Shown here in pieces: positions 28,457 to 37,871 of a stretch of 64,000 bases of DNA. Origin of the DNA: an uncultured delta proteobacterium (GTDB lineage Bacteria > Desulfobacterota > Binatia > UBA9968). The position numbers were made by a program, and so were the translations under genes. The notes below the pieces were generated by a model, which saw only the letters and a program-made list of their open reading frames with translations, ran no database searches and was not told where the DNA came from. The DNA lies in the NCBI GenBank assembly GCA_963771465.1, contig CAVYTU010000001.1:1-64000 (forward strand), given 5' to 3'. Every line of letters begins with the position of its first letter. Positions within the stretch are counted from its first letter, which is position 1.

Positions 28457-29479
28457 ATGCGCGTAACCACAGAATTCACCCACCTAATCAAAACAATCTC
28501 CCTCGTCGTTCTTTCAGCTCTATGGCTGCCGAATTTAACCGATGCCGCACAGAGCAAGCCGATGATCAAAGTCGTCGCCGGTTACGGCTCCACCGACGGC
28601 GCTATCGCGCCATTGTGGTTTGCCAAGGAAACCAAACTGTTCGAGAAACGCGGCTTGGATGTGCTGCTAGTCGGTATGGGCACCGGATCGGTGTCGCTGC
28701 GCGCGTTGATCGCAAAAGATCTCGAGATCGCATCGCTCTCAGGCTCCGGATTGGTTCAAGCGGCCTTGCAAGGAGCCGACACGGTAATCCTATCCGCCGC
28801 GCTTAACGGCTTTGTCTTCAAAGTATTCGGTGCACCAGAAATGACCAGCCCGGCACACCTCAAGGGAAAGAAGTTGGGGGTCAGCCGTTACGGCGCCACG
28901 TCCGACTTTGCCATCCGACTGGCACTCAAGAAATGGGGACTCAATCCCGACCGCGACGTGAGCATCTTGCAGGTCGGTACCTCCCAGGACACAGTGCGCG
29001 CCATGCAAACCAAGATGCTCGACGCCGGCGTGCTCAGCGGCACATCCTCTTTGGTGGCGCGGAAAGCCGGTTTCCGCGAGTTGGGCGACCTGGCGGATTT
29101 GGGATTGCACTATCCGATGGCGCCCATCGGTACGACGCGCTCTTTCCTGCAAAAAAATGAAGCCGTTGCCAGAGAGTTCATGCTCGCCTACATCGAGGCG
29201 ATCCACGACTTCAAACGCAACAAGGAAACCGCGCTCGCCGTGCTCAAGAAATACACCCGTAACGATGATCGCGAAGTGCTCGAAGATAGTTACACCAACT
29301 TTGCGAATAAATATTTACCGCTGCCAATTCCCACGCGCGAGGGCATTCAAACGATTCTCGCGGAACTGGCCGGCACCGTGCCAACGGCGAAAAGTGCCGA
29401 CCCCGATCAATTCGTCGCGTACAAGCTCGCGAGAGAAATCGAAGCGAGTGGGTTTATTAAGAAATTGTACGAGAAATAA
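28457..29479 (+). CDS. ABC substrate-binding protein, NMT1/SsuA/TauA-like
   Basis: Signal peptide, LFEKRGLDV, LKGKKLGVSRYGATSD, WGLNPDRDV. Confidence 0.88.
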   Translation: MRVTTEFTHLIKTISLVVLSALWLPNLTDAAQSKPMIKVVAGYGSTDGAIAPLWFAKETKLFEKRGLDVLLVGMGTGSVSLRALIAKDLEIASLSGSGLVQAALQGADTVILSAALNGFVFKVFGAPEMTSPAHLKGKKLGVSRYGATSDFAIRLALKKWGLNPDRDVSILQVGTSQDTVRAMQTKMLDAGVLSGTSSLVARKAGFRELGDLADLGLHYPMAPIGTTRSFLQKNEAVAREFMLAYIEAIHDFKRNKETALAVLKKYTRNDDREVLEDSYTNFANKYLPLPIPTREGIQTILAELAGTVPTAKSADPDQFVAYKLAREIEASGFIKKLYEK

Positions 29480-29668
29480 CTGCCGCTTCTGATGAATGTT
29501 TGAGAGTCTCTTGGTGGACGACTGGGCATGGTCCCAACAGGTCAAGTCAGAACTCATATCCTAAGCGCTCTCCTTGGCGAGTTCTTATTCTGGACACAAA
29601 CGTGTCTGGGAAGTATGTTCTATAGTGTGTGTGGTCAGAGATTACTAAGAGATTCACGGAGTTTAATC

Positions 29669-30205
29669 ATGCAGAAACTATCCTGTGCGTTGTCTCTCGT
29701 TGTGCTCCTGTTCGCTGGCAATGCATGCAAAAAGTCCACCGAAATTACCGATCCCAAGCAGGTTGCCGATATCAGCCAGACTCACCCCTTTGTCATCGTT
29801 GATAATACGATGGTTCGCACCGGTCCCGGACAGCAATTTAAAACCATTGCGATGGTTCGGCGAGACGCTAAAGTCCACGTGGTAGGCCGGGATGGGGATT
29901 GGCTACTCATCGTATCTAAACTCGGCAATCCGCCCGGCTACATCGAGATGAAGTCCGTAAGAGCCGGCACCGGTGAAGAACAAGACTATGCCTCGGCGCA
30001 GGTTGACGGTCCCTGGGAGTTGCTGGCGGACACCCAAGTACGCAGCGGTCCTGGTTCTGAGAATAAGGTCGTCGCCGAGGTAAAGAAAGGCATGAAGATA
30101 AATGTTATAGGCGAAGAAAAAGGCTGGCTGAAAGTTGAATCTAAGTCGGGTAACCTGCCGGGTTATGTCGAAAAGAGCCAGGCCAAGCCGCTGCCGGGTA
30201 AGTAA
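29669..30205 (+). CDS. Exported protein/lipoprotein with tandem bacterial SH3 domains
   Basis: Signal peptide ending AGNAC; two repeats VRTGPG...WLLIVSKLGNPPGYI and VRSGPG...WLKVESKSGNLPGYV. Confidence 0.8.
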   Translation: MQKLSCALSLVVLLFAGNACKKSTEITDPKQVADISQTHPFVIVDNTMVRTGPGQQFKTIAMVRRDAKVHVVGRDGDWLLIVSKLGNPPGYIEMKSVRAGTGEEQDYASAQVDGPWELLADTQVRSGPGSENKVVAEVKKGMKINVIGEEKGWLKVESKSGNLPGYVEKSQAKPLPGK

Positions 30206-30364
30206 ACGGTTTTAGAATTTGGACCACAAGCCGCTCTATCCTGAAGCATTGCTTCGCAAGTCTTGAATTTGCGCCCGGCTAAATAGTGGAGTGGGGAAAC
30301 TGGCGATGGGCTGGCCGGATCGCCTGTTGTTAATGACACCGAAAGGAGTCTGATAACCGGACGT

Positions 30365-31822
30365 TCACGTTGTTCGACCGGCAGAAATCGACAGTCCGTC
30401 TTTTCGAATATGAATATGGCCGATATCTCGCTTCTGGAGCAGCTCCTCGACTAACTTCACCAACGGTTTGCGCGCATCCAAATATTCTTTTCTTGGCGGT
30501 GCCGACTTCATTGCGTCGACGAATTCAGGGCCGGCGTAGTAACGCATGATCAGCTCTTCATCTGATATATTCGGTCCGCCGTACTGCTTGCGTACTTCCT
30601 CCAGTGGCGTATGCGGTATTTGAAAACCCTCCATCTCTCGCGCGCGGGTGCGGTCGAGAATCTTCGCTTTCACTTCCGGGTCCATGTACTCGGCGCCTTC
30701 TTTACCCCACAGGCCAAGCGCATATTGAATTACCTGATCGGTCACTTCTTTGTAGCGCTCTCCGGTCATGATGTTGATCGCGGCTTGGCTGCCGACGAAC
30801 TGCGCGAAGGGCGTGACCATGATCGGATAGCCGAGCTCGGCGCGCACTTGGACGATTTCTTCGAGCACCGCCTGCATCCTGTCCTCTTTGCCGAGCATCT
30901 TTAGCTGATGGCGCAGGTTGGAAATCATACCGCCGGGTACTTGGTGGCGGTACCAGCCTTGATCGTATTCCCGCGGCGCGCCGATCGGCAATCCTGCTTC
31001 AGCGGCGCAAAGGCGAAAATGCTGTTCCACGGGCGCCAGCACGTTTTCATTGACTAGCGGCTTGTAACCCAGCGCGCGCAGATTGCTCACGACGTTGAAC
31101 ACCGACGGCTGTGCCGAGCCATTGGCCAGCGGCGGTATCGACGTGTGAACGATGTGGATGCCGGCCTTCACGGCTTCGAGAACGTTAAAGGGTGCCAGGC
31201 CGTTGTTGCAGTGAGCGTGAAATTCTACGGGTATGCCGTTAGCGTTCTCAAGAATTAACTTCGCCAAGGTAAAAGTCCGGTCCGGTGTGAGCATGCCGGC
31301 GACATCTTTGAAACAGAGACGATAAGGTTTCATCGCCGCTGCTTCGCGGGCTTTGCGCGCGTAGTATTCGTCAGTATGGCGCGGCGAGATAGAAAAGATA
31401 ATGTTGACGACCGAGCGCATGCCCATGCCGCTAAGCTCGTCAACTTCGCTCTTCAATTCGTCGTAATCGTTCCACGGGTCGGAGAGCCGGGTCATATTGA
31501 TGCCGTAGCCGATAACAAGTTTTAGCAGCAGGCGAGGAATGCACAGCGGGCTCAGAGTGAAACCACCCGTGAGGCCGCCGTGATAACGAAGCTGGGTATT
31601 TTTGATTTCCTTGTGACCGTAGCGCACCCAGTCCCAGGGATTGTCGCGTTGCTCGCGAATGACTTTCTTGAACCGGCCGGCAACGAAAAATTCCATGGCG
31701 TCGAAGCCGGCTTGGTCCATATGACGCAGCGCCGGATGCATCATGCCCGTGGTCATGTTGTGCGCCCACAGACTCGTGTTGCCATCGCGCAGAGTGGTAT
31801 CGACGATGCGGATTTCTTCCAT
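30365..31822 (-). CDS. Stand-alone carboxyltransferase (pyruvate carboxylase B/OadA/transcarboxylase 5S-like) without biotinyl domain
   Basis: DTTLRDG, FKDVAG, HAHCN, QVPGGMISN, LGYPIMVTPFAQFVG. No AMKM biotinylation motif. Confidence 0.88.
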   Translation of the reverse strand: MEEIRIVDTTLRDGNTSLWAHNMTTGMMHPALRHMDQAGFDAMEFFVAGRFKKVIREQRDNPWDWVRYGHKEIKNTQLRYHGGLTGGFTLSPLCIPRLLLKLVIGYGINMTRLSDPWNDYDELKSEVDELSGMGMRSVVNIIFSISPRHTDEYYARKAREAAAMKPYRLCFKDVAGMLTPDRTFTLAKLILENANGIPVEFHAHCNNGLAPFNVLEAVKAGIHIVHTSIPPLANGSAQPSVFNVVSNLRALGYKPLVNENVLAPVEQHFRLCAAEAGLPIGAPREYDQGWYRHQVPGGMISNLRHQLKMLGKEDRMQAVLEEIVQVRAELGYPIMVTPFAQFVGSQAAINIMTGERYKEVTDQVIQYALGLWGKEGAEYMDPEVKAKILDRTRAREMEGFQIPHTPLEEVRKQYGGPNISDEELIMRYYAGPEFVDAMKSAPPRKEYLDARKPLVKLVEELLQKRDIGHIHIRKDGLSISAGRTT

Positions 31823-31972
31823 GATTCCTCCGCGGGTTCTTTATTTGCCGAGCAATAGCGCACATGGATGGATCAAGACAAGTGAATTGCTGAATCTCTG
31901 CGGATTCTTTCCTTGACAGTTCAGATTGAGGACGGTTATGACAGCGCAAGAAATGAGAGCGAAGGTGGAACT

Positions 31973-32929
31973 ATGATTCGGATCAAGGCTAGTATCATTG
32001 TCATCGGACTGTCCTTCGTTATTCCAGTTGGCGGCCCATTCGCTCAGCAAAAACCCAAGCTCAAACCGCTGCACATCGCGCTGGCGAATAACTCGGTCAG
32101 CATGGCCGCGATCTACGTCGCCAAACATCTCGGTATTTTTGAAAGCTACGGCTACGATGCGCGTGTACTGGTTCTCGAGCCGCGTGCTGGCCTGGCGGCG
32201 TTGTTGGCCGGCGAGTTGGATTTTTACACCGCGATCGGTTCGACGGCGCGGGCGGCGTTGCGCGGCGTGCCGGTGCGGGTCGGCTTGGTCGCACTCAATC
32301 GATCCGACTTCATGCTGGTCGCCAGTAAAGAAATTCAAACTATCGAACAGATCAAGGGCAAACTGGTCGGCGGCTACACGCCGCAGGGGACGGTGAACGT
32401 CATCTTGGCGGAACTGCTTCGGCGCAAGGGCTTACGTGCGGACGAGTACAAAATCATCAATTCAGGTACTGCTCGCGCGGCCGCGCTGATGAGCGGCAAC
32501 GTGCCGGTTGCGCTGGTCAATAGTGTCGAGACCGTGAAGCTTGTGAAGCAGGGTTTTCACGTGCTAGCGCGGGCGGCGGATGATCTGGAAATGCCGCAGA
32601 GCGGTCTCGGCATGTCGATCGGGTCGATCCAAGCGAAGCGCGAATTTCTCCGCCCCGGCGTGCAAGCCGTGCTCGACGCGATTCGCGTGATTGTGAATCA
32701 GAAAGACAAGACTGCGGCGGTGCTGATGAAGCAATTGGCTTTATCACAAGACGAGGCCAATTTCGTCTACGACGCCATTCGTCCAGGTTGGGCCCTCGAC
32801 GGCAGACCCACTGCCGGAGCACTAAAGCTTGACGCTGAACTGTCCCGACGTGATATGGGATTGAAAGAACTGCCGAGGCCGGAGCAGACCTACGATTTCT
32901 CGATGTTGGATGAACTGGCCAATAGGTAA
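31973..32929 (+). CDS. ABC substrate-binding protein, NMT1/SsuA-like
   Basis: Signal peptide, YVAKHLGIF, AALLAGELDF, IKGKLVG. Confidence 0.85.
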   Translation: MIRIKASIIVIGLSFVIPVGGPFAQQKPKLKPLHIALANNSVSMAAIYVAKHLGIFESYGYDARVLVLEPRAGLAALLAGELDFYTAIGSTARAALRGVPVRVGLVALNRSDFMLVASKEIQTIEQIKGKLVGGYTPQGTVNVILAELLRRKGLRADEYKIINSGTARAAALMSGNVPVALVNSVETVKLVKQGFHVLARAADDLEMPQSGLGMSIGSIQAKREFLRPGVQAVLDAIRVIVNQKDKTAAVLMKQLALSQDEANFVYDAIRPGWALDGRPTAGALKLDAELSRRDMGLKELPRPEQTYDFSMLDELANR

Positions 32930-32966
32930 ATCGCAGAATACTGATCGTAAAGAAGCGGAGGATTAC

Positions 32967-33806
32967 ATGCAGTCGGTTTCCAAGGGATATCCAGTCGCAT
33001 GGAGCATGCTATTCATTGTGGCATTTCTCTTAACCATGGCGTTTCCGGATGGGACGGCGTTAGGAAACGACCAGAATAGCCTAGCGCAGTGGCTTTCGGC
33101 GTCGCATCGTACGCCGGGCAATGTAGTGCGCGATGTTCATCGCCATCCGGTCGAGACACTGACGTTCTTTGGCGTCAACGATAACAGCACGGTCGTGGAA
33201 ATACTGCCGGGCAGCAGAGGATACTATCTGGAGCTCCTCGCGCCCTATCTAAAAGCGCGCGGCGTTTACATCGCGGCGAACCGCGACGAGTTAGCCGCGC
33301 CGCAGTATCTCGCCGACCATCAAAAATTCTTGGCGCGGCTCAAAGAAGACGAGGCGATTTTCGCCAAGGTACAAGTGACTAAATTCAACGCCGATCGCCA
33401 CGATATCGCCCGCGCGGGGAGCGCCGATTTCGTCCTGACGTTTCGCAACTTACACAATTGGATGGAGCGCCACGAGATCGACGGTGCGTTGCGTGCTTTC
33501 CACAAAGCGCTCAAGCCGGGCGGAGTGCTGGGCGTCGTCGATCATCGCGGCCGCACCGATATGTCACAGGAAGCGCAAATGAAGCTAGGTTACGTGCGTG
33601 AGGATGTCGCCATCAAGTTAATCGAAAAAGCCGGTTTCAAACTCGCGGCCACGTCAGAGGTCAATGCCAATCCTAAAGACACGAAGGATTATCCTCAAGG
33701 CGTGTGGACGTTGCCGCCGAGCTATCGCCTAGGCGACAAGGACCGCGCACGATACCAAGCCATTGGTGAGAGCGACCGTTTCACGCATAAGTTTGTAAAG
33801 CACTAG
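32967..33806 (+). CDS. Exported class I SAM-dependent methyltransferase-like protein (COG4798 type)
   Basis: RDVHRHPVETLTFFG, VVEILPG, LTFRNLHNW, LKPGGVLGVVDHR, GVWTLPP, IGESDR. Confidence 0.88.
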   Translation: MQSVSKGYPVAWSMLFIVAFLLTMAFPDGTALGNDQNSLAQWLSASHRTPGNVVRDVHRHPVETLTFFGVNDNSTVVEILPGSRGYYLELLAPYLKARGVYIAANRDELAAPQYLADHQKFLARLKEDEAIFAKVQVTKFNADRHDIARAGSADFVLTFRNLHNWMERHEIDGALRAFHKALKPGGVLGVVDHRGRTDMSQEAQMKLGYVREDVAIKLIEKAGFKLAATSEVNANPKDTKDYPQGVWTLPPSYRLGDKDRARYQAIGESDRFTHKFVKH

Positions 33807-33945
33807 CTCCGACCGTCTGTACTGCTCGCTGTTCTCCAGCAGCGCATGATTCCCCAGCGTTGACAGAATCGCATGGCTTCGGATAAGTTCGGGCGCAATT
33901 TGCCGGTTGGCGCCTCACTCACCACTATTATCGGAGGTATTGTGC

Positions 33946-34785
33946 ATGTTCTGCACCCAGTGCGGTAATCAAGTAGAAATAGGAAAAAACTTCTGCCGAA
34001 AGTGTGGCGCTAAAGTCGCTAACCCCGCCCAACACGCGCCCGATAACTCTTCCTCAGACTTGGAGAGCTATTCTTCTAAAACCGTTATTCAAACTCCCAC
34101 GCACGTCACCCCGGCGCCGAACCGAATCAGAGACGTTGAAACGGTGGCTACACAAACACGACACGGCGGCGCAGGAGTCGGTAAACCGGCAATGATTATC
34201 GCTGGCGTTGTAGCTATCATCGCACTGGGCGCGGGTGTTTACTTCGGTACGGATTTGTTGCGCCAAGCGCCGCAACAACCGCCTGCCATCGATGCGCCGA
34301 TACCACCGCCTGCGCTGCCTGAGGCGCCGCCAGCGGAAACCGCACAGGCTCCAAGCGAGAGTAAAGAAAGCGACCTGTGGGAGCCAATACAACCGCCGCC
34401 CGCCGGACCGCAGCCTCCGATTCATGCCGAACCCCGTGCGCCAGCGCCACTCGCACCTGCAAATCCGGTTGCTCCAAACGAAGCGCCCGCGCCGCTTCCT
34501 GGCGCACCGCGTGACCGTGGCGAACAGCCGCAGCCGACCCGGCCGGCGCCACCAGCTCAAGTTCGACTCACACCGTCTGTCGGCACTTTTGAAACGATTC
34601 GATCGACGACCGTGTTTGCCCAACCGTCGACTTCATCGAAGATTGTCTCGAACATCGATCGCGGCATTCGCGTAAATGTTGTCGCATCGAATGCCCAATG
34701 GCTGGAGCTGCGGTCGCGTTTTGGCAATCCGCCGGGATATATCCGGCGCGAACATACCCGACCCCTTGGCCGAGCTGATCAATGA
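33946..34785 (+). CDS. Zinc-ribbon/TM/Pro-rich linker/SH3 protein
   Basis: MFCTQCG...FCRKCG; TM AMIIAGVVAIIALGAGVYF; Pro-rich region; C-terminal WLELRSRFGNPPGYI. Confidence 0.8.
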   Translation: MFCTQCGNQVEIGKNFCRKCGAKVANPAQHAPDNSSSDLESYSSKTVIQTPTHVTPAPNRIRDVETVATQTRHGGAGVGKPAMIIAGVVAIIALGAGVYFGTDLLRQAPQQPPAIDAPIPPPALPEAPPAETAQAPSESKESDLWEPIQPPPAGPQPPIHAEPRAPAPLAPANPVAPNEAPAPLPGAPRDRGEQPQPTRPAPPAQVRLTPSVGTFETIRSTTVFAQPSTSSKIVSNIDRGIRVNVVASNAQWLELRSRFGNPPGYIRREHTRPLGRADQ

Positions 34786-34938
34786 GTGAGAATTTCACGG
34801 CGCGAGAAATCAAAAATACCCCAAACCGTATCAGCTGAAAATATCGAAACAGCCATGCTCACGTTGATGGTTACGAGTCACCATTGAACTCATTATCGTT
34901 CAGTCAACATTGCTACCGATGAAAAGGAGAAATCAATA

Positions 34939-36072
34939 ATGGCCGTTGCCGCTCATTTGAAATCCATGGATCTGCTCATGTTCGCACGCGCTTCGGAAGG
35001 ATTGACTCACGTCCGCGGCATGGTCGTCAGTTTTCTCGCTTTCGTTATCGGCGGAGCATTTATTGTTTTGGGACTCTACGTCGCGACGTCGACAACCAAC
35101 GTCATGGGGCGAATATTTTTGCTCTTTTGCTGGTTGATGTATGCGCTCATCGCCGGCACCGGTGTTTCGGCCACCGGCATTATGTTGCTCGATAAAGCGC
35201 GCGAATCCCAGCCCCGCTCTTCAAGCGATGCGCTGATTTTCGGTTTGATCTGTCTGCTCAAGCTGTGGCTCATCGGCTTGGGCATGTTTATTGCCGGCCT
35301 ACTCGTCATGCTGGTGCCCGCTGTGGTTTATTTTATTTGCAAAATTCCCGGGGTCGGGCCGCTGCTGCTTTTTTTCGCTCATCCGGTTCTCGTCCTCTGC
35401 GCCGGCGCGTTGATCTTTTTTACTTCCATCTTCATGACCTTAATCGTGCCCGCCTTGTGGGACGGGGATACGATCGCGCAAGCGGCCGCGAAGACCATTG
35501 CGATTTTAAAAGAACGCGCCGTGGCGACGGTGCTCTATTTGCTCGTGATGGGAGTCGTGACGGCGATAATTTTGGGTATCATGGCTGCGGTGATTCTGCC
35601 GGGTTTCGTTTCCATGACCGGCTTGGCTACAAGCATCATCGGCGCCAAGCTCGCCGGTGGTGTGTCGATGTTGAGCAACCTTCCCTATGCAATGATGTAT
35701 CTCACCAGCGGCGAGAGCGGCCACATGGTGGCGCTGGCATTGGCAACTGCCATGTTATTCATGCTCGGCGTCGCGGCGGCGCTCCAGGTACAACTCATGG
35801 GCATTAATCTGGTTTATCTCGGAGCTTCCGAAGGCGTCGACACCAGTGGCGCGGCAAACATGCTCAAGCGCCAATTCGATCAGGCGAAAGCAAAAGCCGA
35901 TGAGGCTAAGCAGCGCGCTACCGCGGCAGCGGAACGAGCGCGGCAAGCCGCGCAGCAAGCGCGCGCTACCCAGTTGCCCACGCAAGCTGAAGCTAATAAT
36001 TGTCCCAAGTGCAATGCAGCTTATTCGGTCGATGATGTGTTCTGCGAGAACTGTGGGCAAAAATTGAAATAA
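34939..36072 (+). CDS. Polytopic membrane protein with C-terminal coiled coil and zinc ribbon
   Basis: ~7 hydrophobic segments; AKAKADEAKQRA; CPKC...FCENCG. Confidence 0.8.
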   Translation: MAVAAHLKSMDLLMFARASEGLTHVRGMVVSFLAFVIGGAFIVLGLYVATSTTNVMGRIFLLFCWLMYALIAGTGVSATGIMLLDKARESQPRSSSDALIFGLICLLKLWLIGLGMFIAGLLVMLVPAVVYFICKIPGVGPLLLFFAHPVLVLCAGALIFFTSIFMTLIVPALWDGDTIAQAAAKTIAILKERAVATVLYLLVMGVVTAIILGIMAAVILPGFVSMTGLATSIIGAKLAGGVSMLSNLPYAMMYLTSGESGHMVALALATAMLFMLGVAAALQVQLMGINLVYLGASEGVDTSGAANMLKRQFDQAKAKADEAKQRATAAAERARQAAQQARATQLPTQAEANNCPKCNAAYSVDDVFCENCGQKLK

Positions 36073-36112
36073 TTCGTTGCACGACCACCAAGCGATTTTT
36101 TCAGCGTCTGCA

Positions 36113-36550
36113 TCAAGCCTCGGGTTTGAATTTCGGCAGCCAGACTTTCTCCGAAGCTTTCTCGAACTGGACCGTGACTTTCATGCCAAGCTTCACGTCT
36201 TCTACCGGGCAACCGATGATATTGGTTATCAAGCGCGGGCCCTCTGCCAAGTCGACCCAGGCGATGACGTAAGGAATATCCGGTTCGAAGGATTTAGAAG
36301 CGGCACGGCCGACGACTTGCCGTATGACCGTGAACGAATAGACCTCGCCTTTGCCACTCATCGGCGTCCACTCGACTTTTTCGCTGCCGCACTCGTTGCA
36401 CGACGGTCGCGGCGTCCAGACCCAGGCGTTGCAGTCATGGCAACGTTGAATGATCAGTTTCTGTTGCGCCGCGGCGTCCCAGAAGGGTTTTGCTTCGGTA
36501 GTGATCGCGGGAAGGGGTTTGCTGACATCGAGTTCTGCCATGATTGTCAC
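36113..36550 (-). CDS. DUF35/ChsH2-type Zn-ribbon + OB-fold protein
   Basis: PFWDAA, QRCHDC...PRPSCNEC, GEVYSFTV, PYVIAWVDLAEGPR. Confidence 0.92.
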   Translation of the reverse strand: MTIMAELDVSKPLPAITTEAKPFWDAAAQQKLIIQRCHDCNAWVWTPRPSCNECGSEKVEWTPMSGKGEVYSFTVIRQVVGRAASKSFEPDIPYVIAWVDLAEGPRLITNIIGCPVEDVKLGMKVTVQFEKASEKVWLPKFKPEA

Positions 36551-37740
36551 ATTTCATTTCCTAGAATAGCCACTGCGCAGCAGCCGAGATTTTTGCCGTA
36601 GGGCAGTACGCCCAAGCCCGAGATCAAGCCAATCTTGGCATTTGGCACTTGCCGGTCGCCGCCTTCGCCGCGCAGTTGGCGCACACCTTCGAGAATATGA
36701 TGCACTCCGCCCGCGGTCGACGGTTGGCCGCAGTTAATGATCCCGCCGCCGGTTTGAATCGGCAGTTGGCCCTTAAATGTAAAATCGGTGCTCTCGAAAA
36801 ACTTGAGATCGCCTTTGTCGCAAAAACCGAGATCTTCGATCTGCAGATAGACGACGATGATGTAGTCGTCGTAGAGTTCGAGAAAATTAATGTCCTTGTG
36901 CTTTACACCGGCCATCGCCATGGCGACGCGCCCGGCGTCTTTGACGCCCATGGTCAGCGCATCGGAACCGGCTCGCGGGCCGTAGGATGGATTGCTGCGC
37001 TCGCCGAAGCCTTTCACCCAAATCGGCTTCTTACGCAGCGTTTTGGCGCGTTCGGGCGAAGCCAAGATGTATGCCTTGCCGCCGTTGGCCGGCATGACGC
37101 AATCGAGCAAGCGCACCGGATCGGCGACTAGACGAGAATTTTTATAATCGTCGACGGTGATCGGTTTACGCAGATAGCCGAGCGGATTCAAGCTCGCGTG
37201 ATAGCGGCCGGCCACGGCGATCTTGCCGAGATGATCGAGGGTGGTGCCGTATTCATGCATGTGGCGGCGCATGACCATGGCGATCTTGCTGTTGGGTCCC
37301 ATTGTTCCGTAGGGAATTTCCCAGTCGCGCATGTCGCCGGGCTGAATGCCGCCGCCCCAGTGCTCGGAAAACGGCGCGGCGGCGCCGATGACGAGGGCGA
37401 GATCGATGAAACCGGCGTTGATCGCCGCGGACATTCCGCCGATTAGAGAGACCGCGCCGGCGCCGCCAGTAGCGCCACCGAGCAAGAAGCCCGGCGTGAT
37501 GCCAAGAATCTCGGAGACTTCTTCCGGCCAGAACGGTTGCGGATACGCGGTGGGAATCGTCACACCCAAACCCTGACCTTGAAAGTCCTTGAGGCTCAAG
37601 CCGGCGTCTTCCAACGCCAGATGCATCGCCCAGGAAAGATATTCAGCGCTCGATTTGCGCGGCTCGCCGGGCTTGGAGCCGAGGCGATCGGTCGGCGTAT
37701 CGCCGATACCAACGATTGCTGCTTTGTTTGTTATGCTCAT
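36547..37740 (-). CDS. Thiolase-like protein (SCP-x/Ltp2-type) paired with DUF35
   Basis: AAIVGIG, RHMHEYGTT, ASLNP, LLDC...NGG, ELYDDY, QTGGG, EGVRQLRG. Nucleophilic Cys site reads GATGGAG. Confidence 0.88.
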   Translation of the reverse strand: MSITNKAAIVGIGDTPTDRLGSKPGEPRKSSAEYLSWAMHLALEDAGLSLKDFQGQGLGVTIPTAYPQPFWPEEVSEILGITPGFLLGGATGGAGAVSLIGGMSAAINAGFIDLALVIGAAAPFSEHWGGGIQPGDMRDWEIPYGTMGPNSKIAMVMRRHMHEYGTTLDHLGKIAVAGRYHASLNPLGYLRKPITVDDYKNSRLVADPVRLLDCVMPANGGKAYILASPERAKTLRKKPIWVKGFGERSNPSYGPRAGSDALTMGVKDAGRVAMAMAGVKHKDINFLELYDDYIIVVYLQIEDLGFCDKGDLKFFESTDFTFKGQLPIQTGGGIINCGQPSTAGGVHHILEGVRQLRGEGGDRQVPNAKIGLISGLGVLPYGKNLGCCAVAILGNEM

Positions 37741-37871
37741 GATCAATCCAATTGTTTTCAGCCGGACCATAGGACAGCGCTGTTCTCATTTCAAGGATAA
37801 ACTTGCTCGGCTTGACAGCCGTGTGACGTGCCGGTACCACTGCTTGAAAGACTCGGACGGATTGGACGAAT

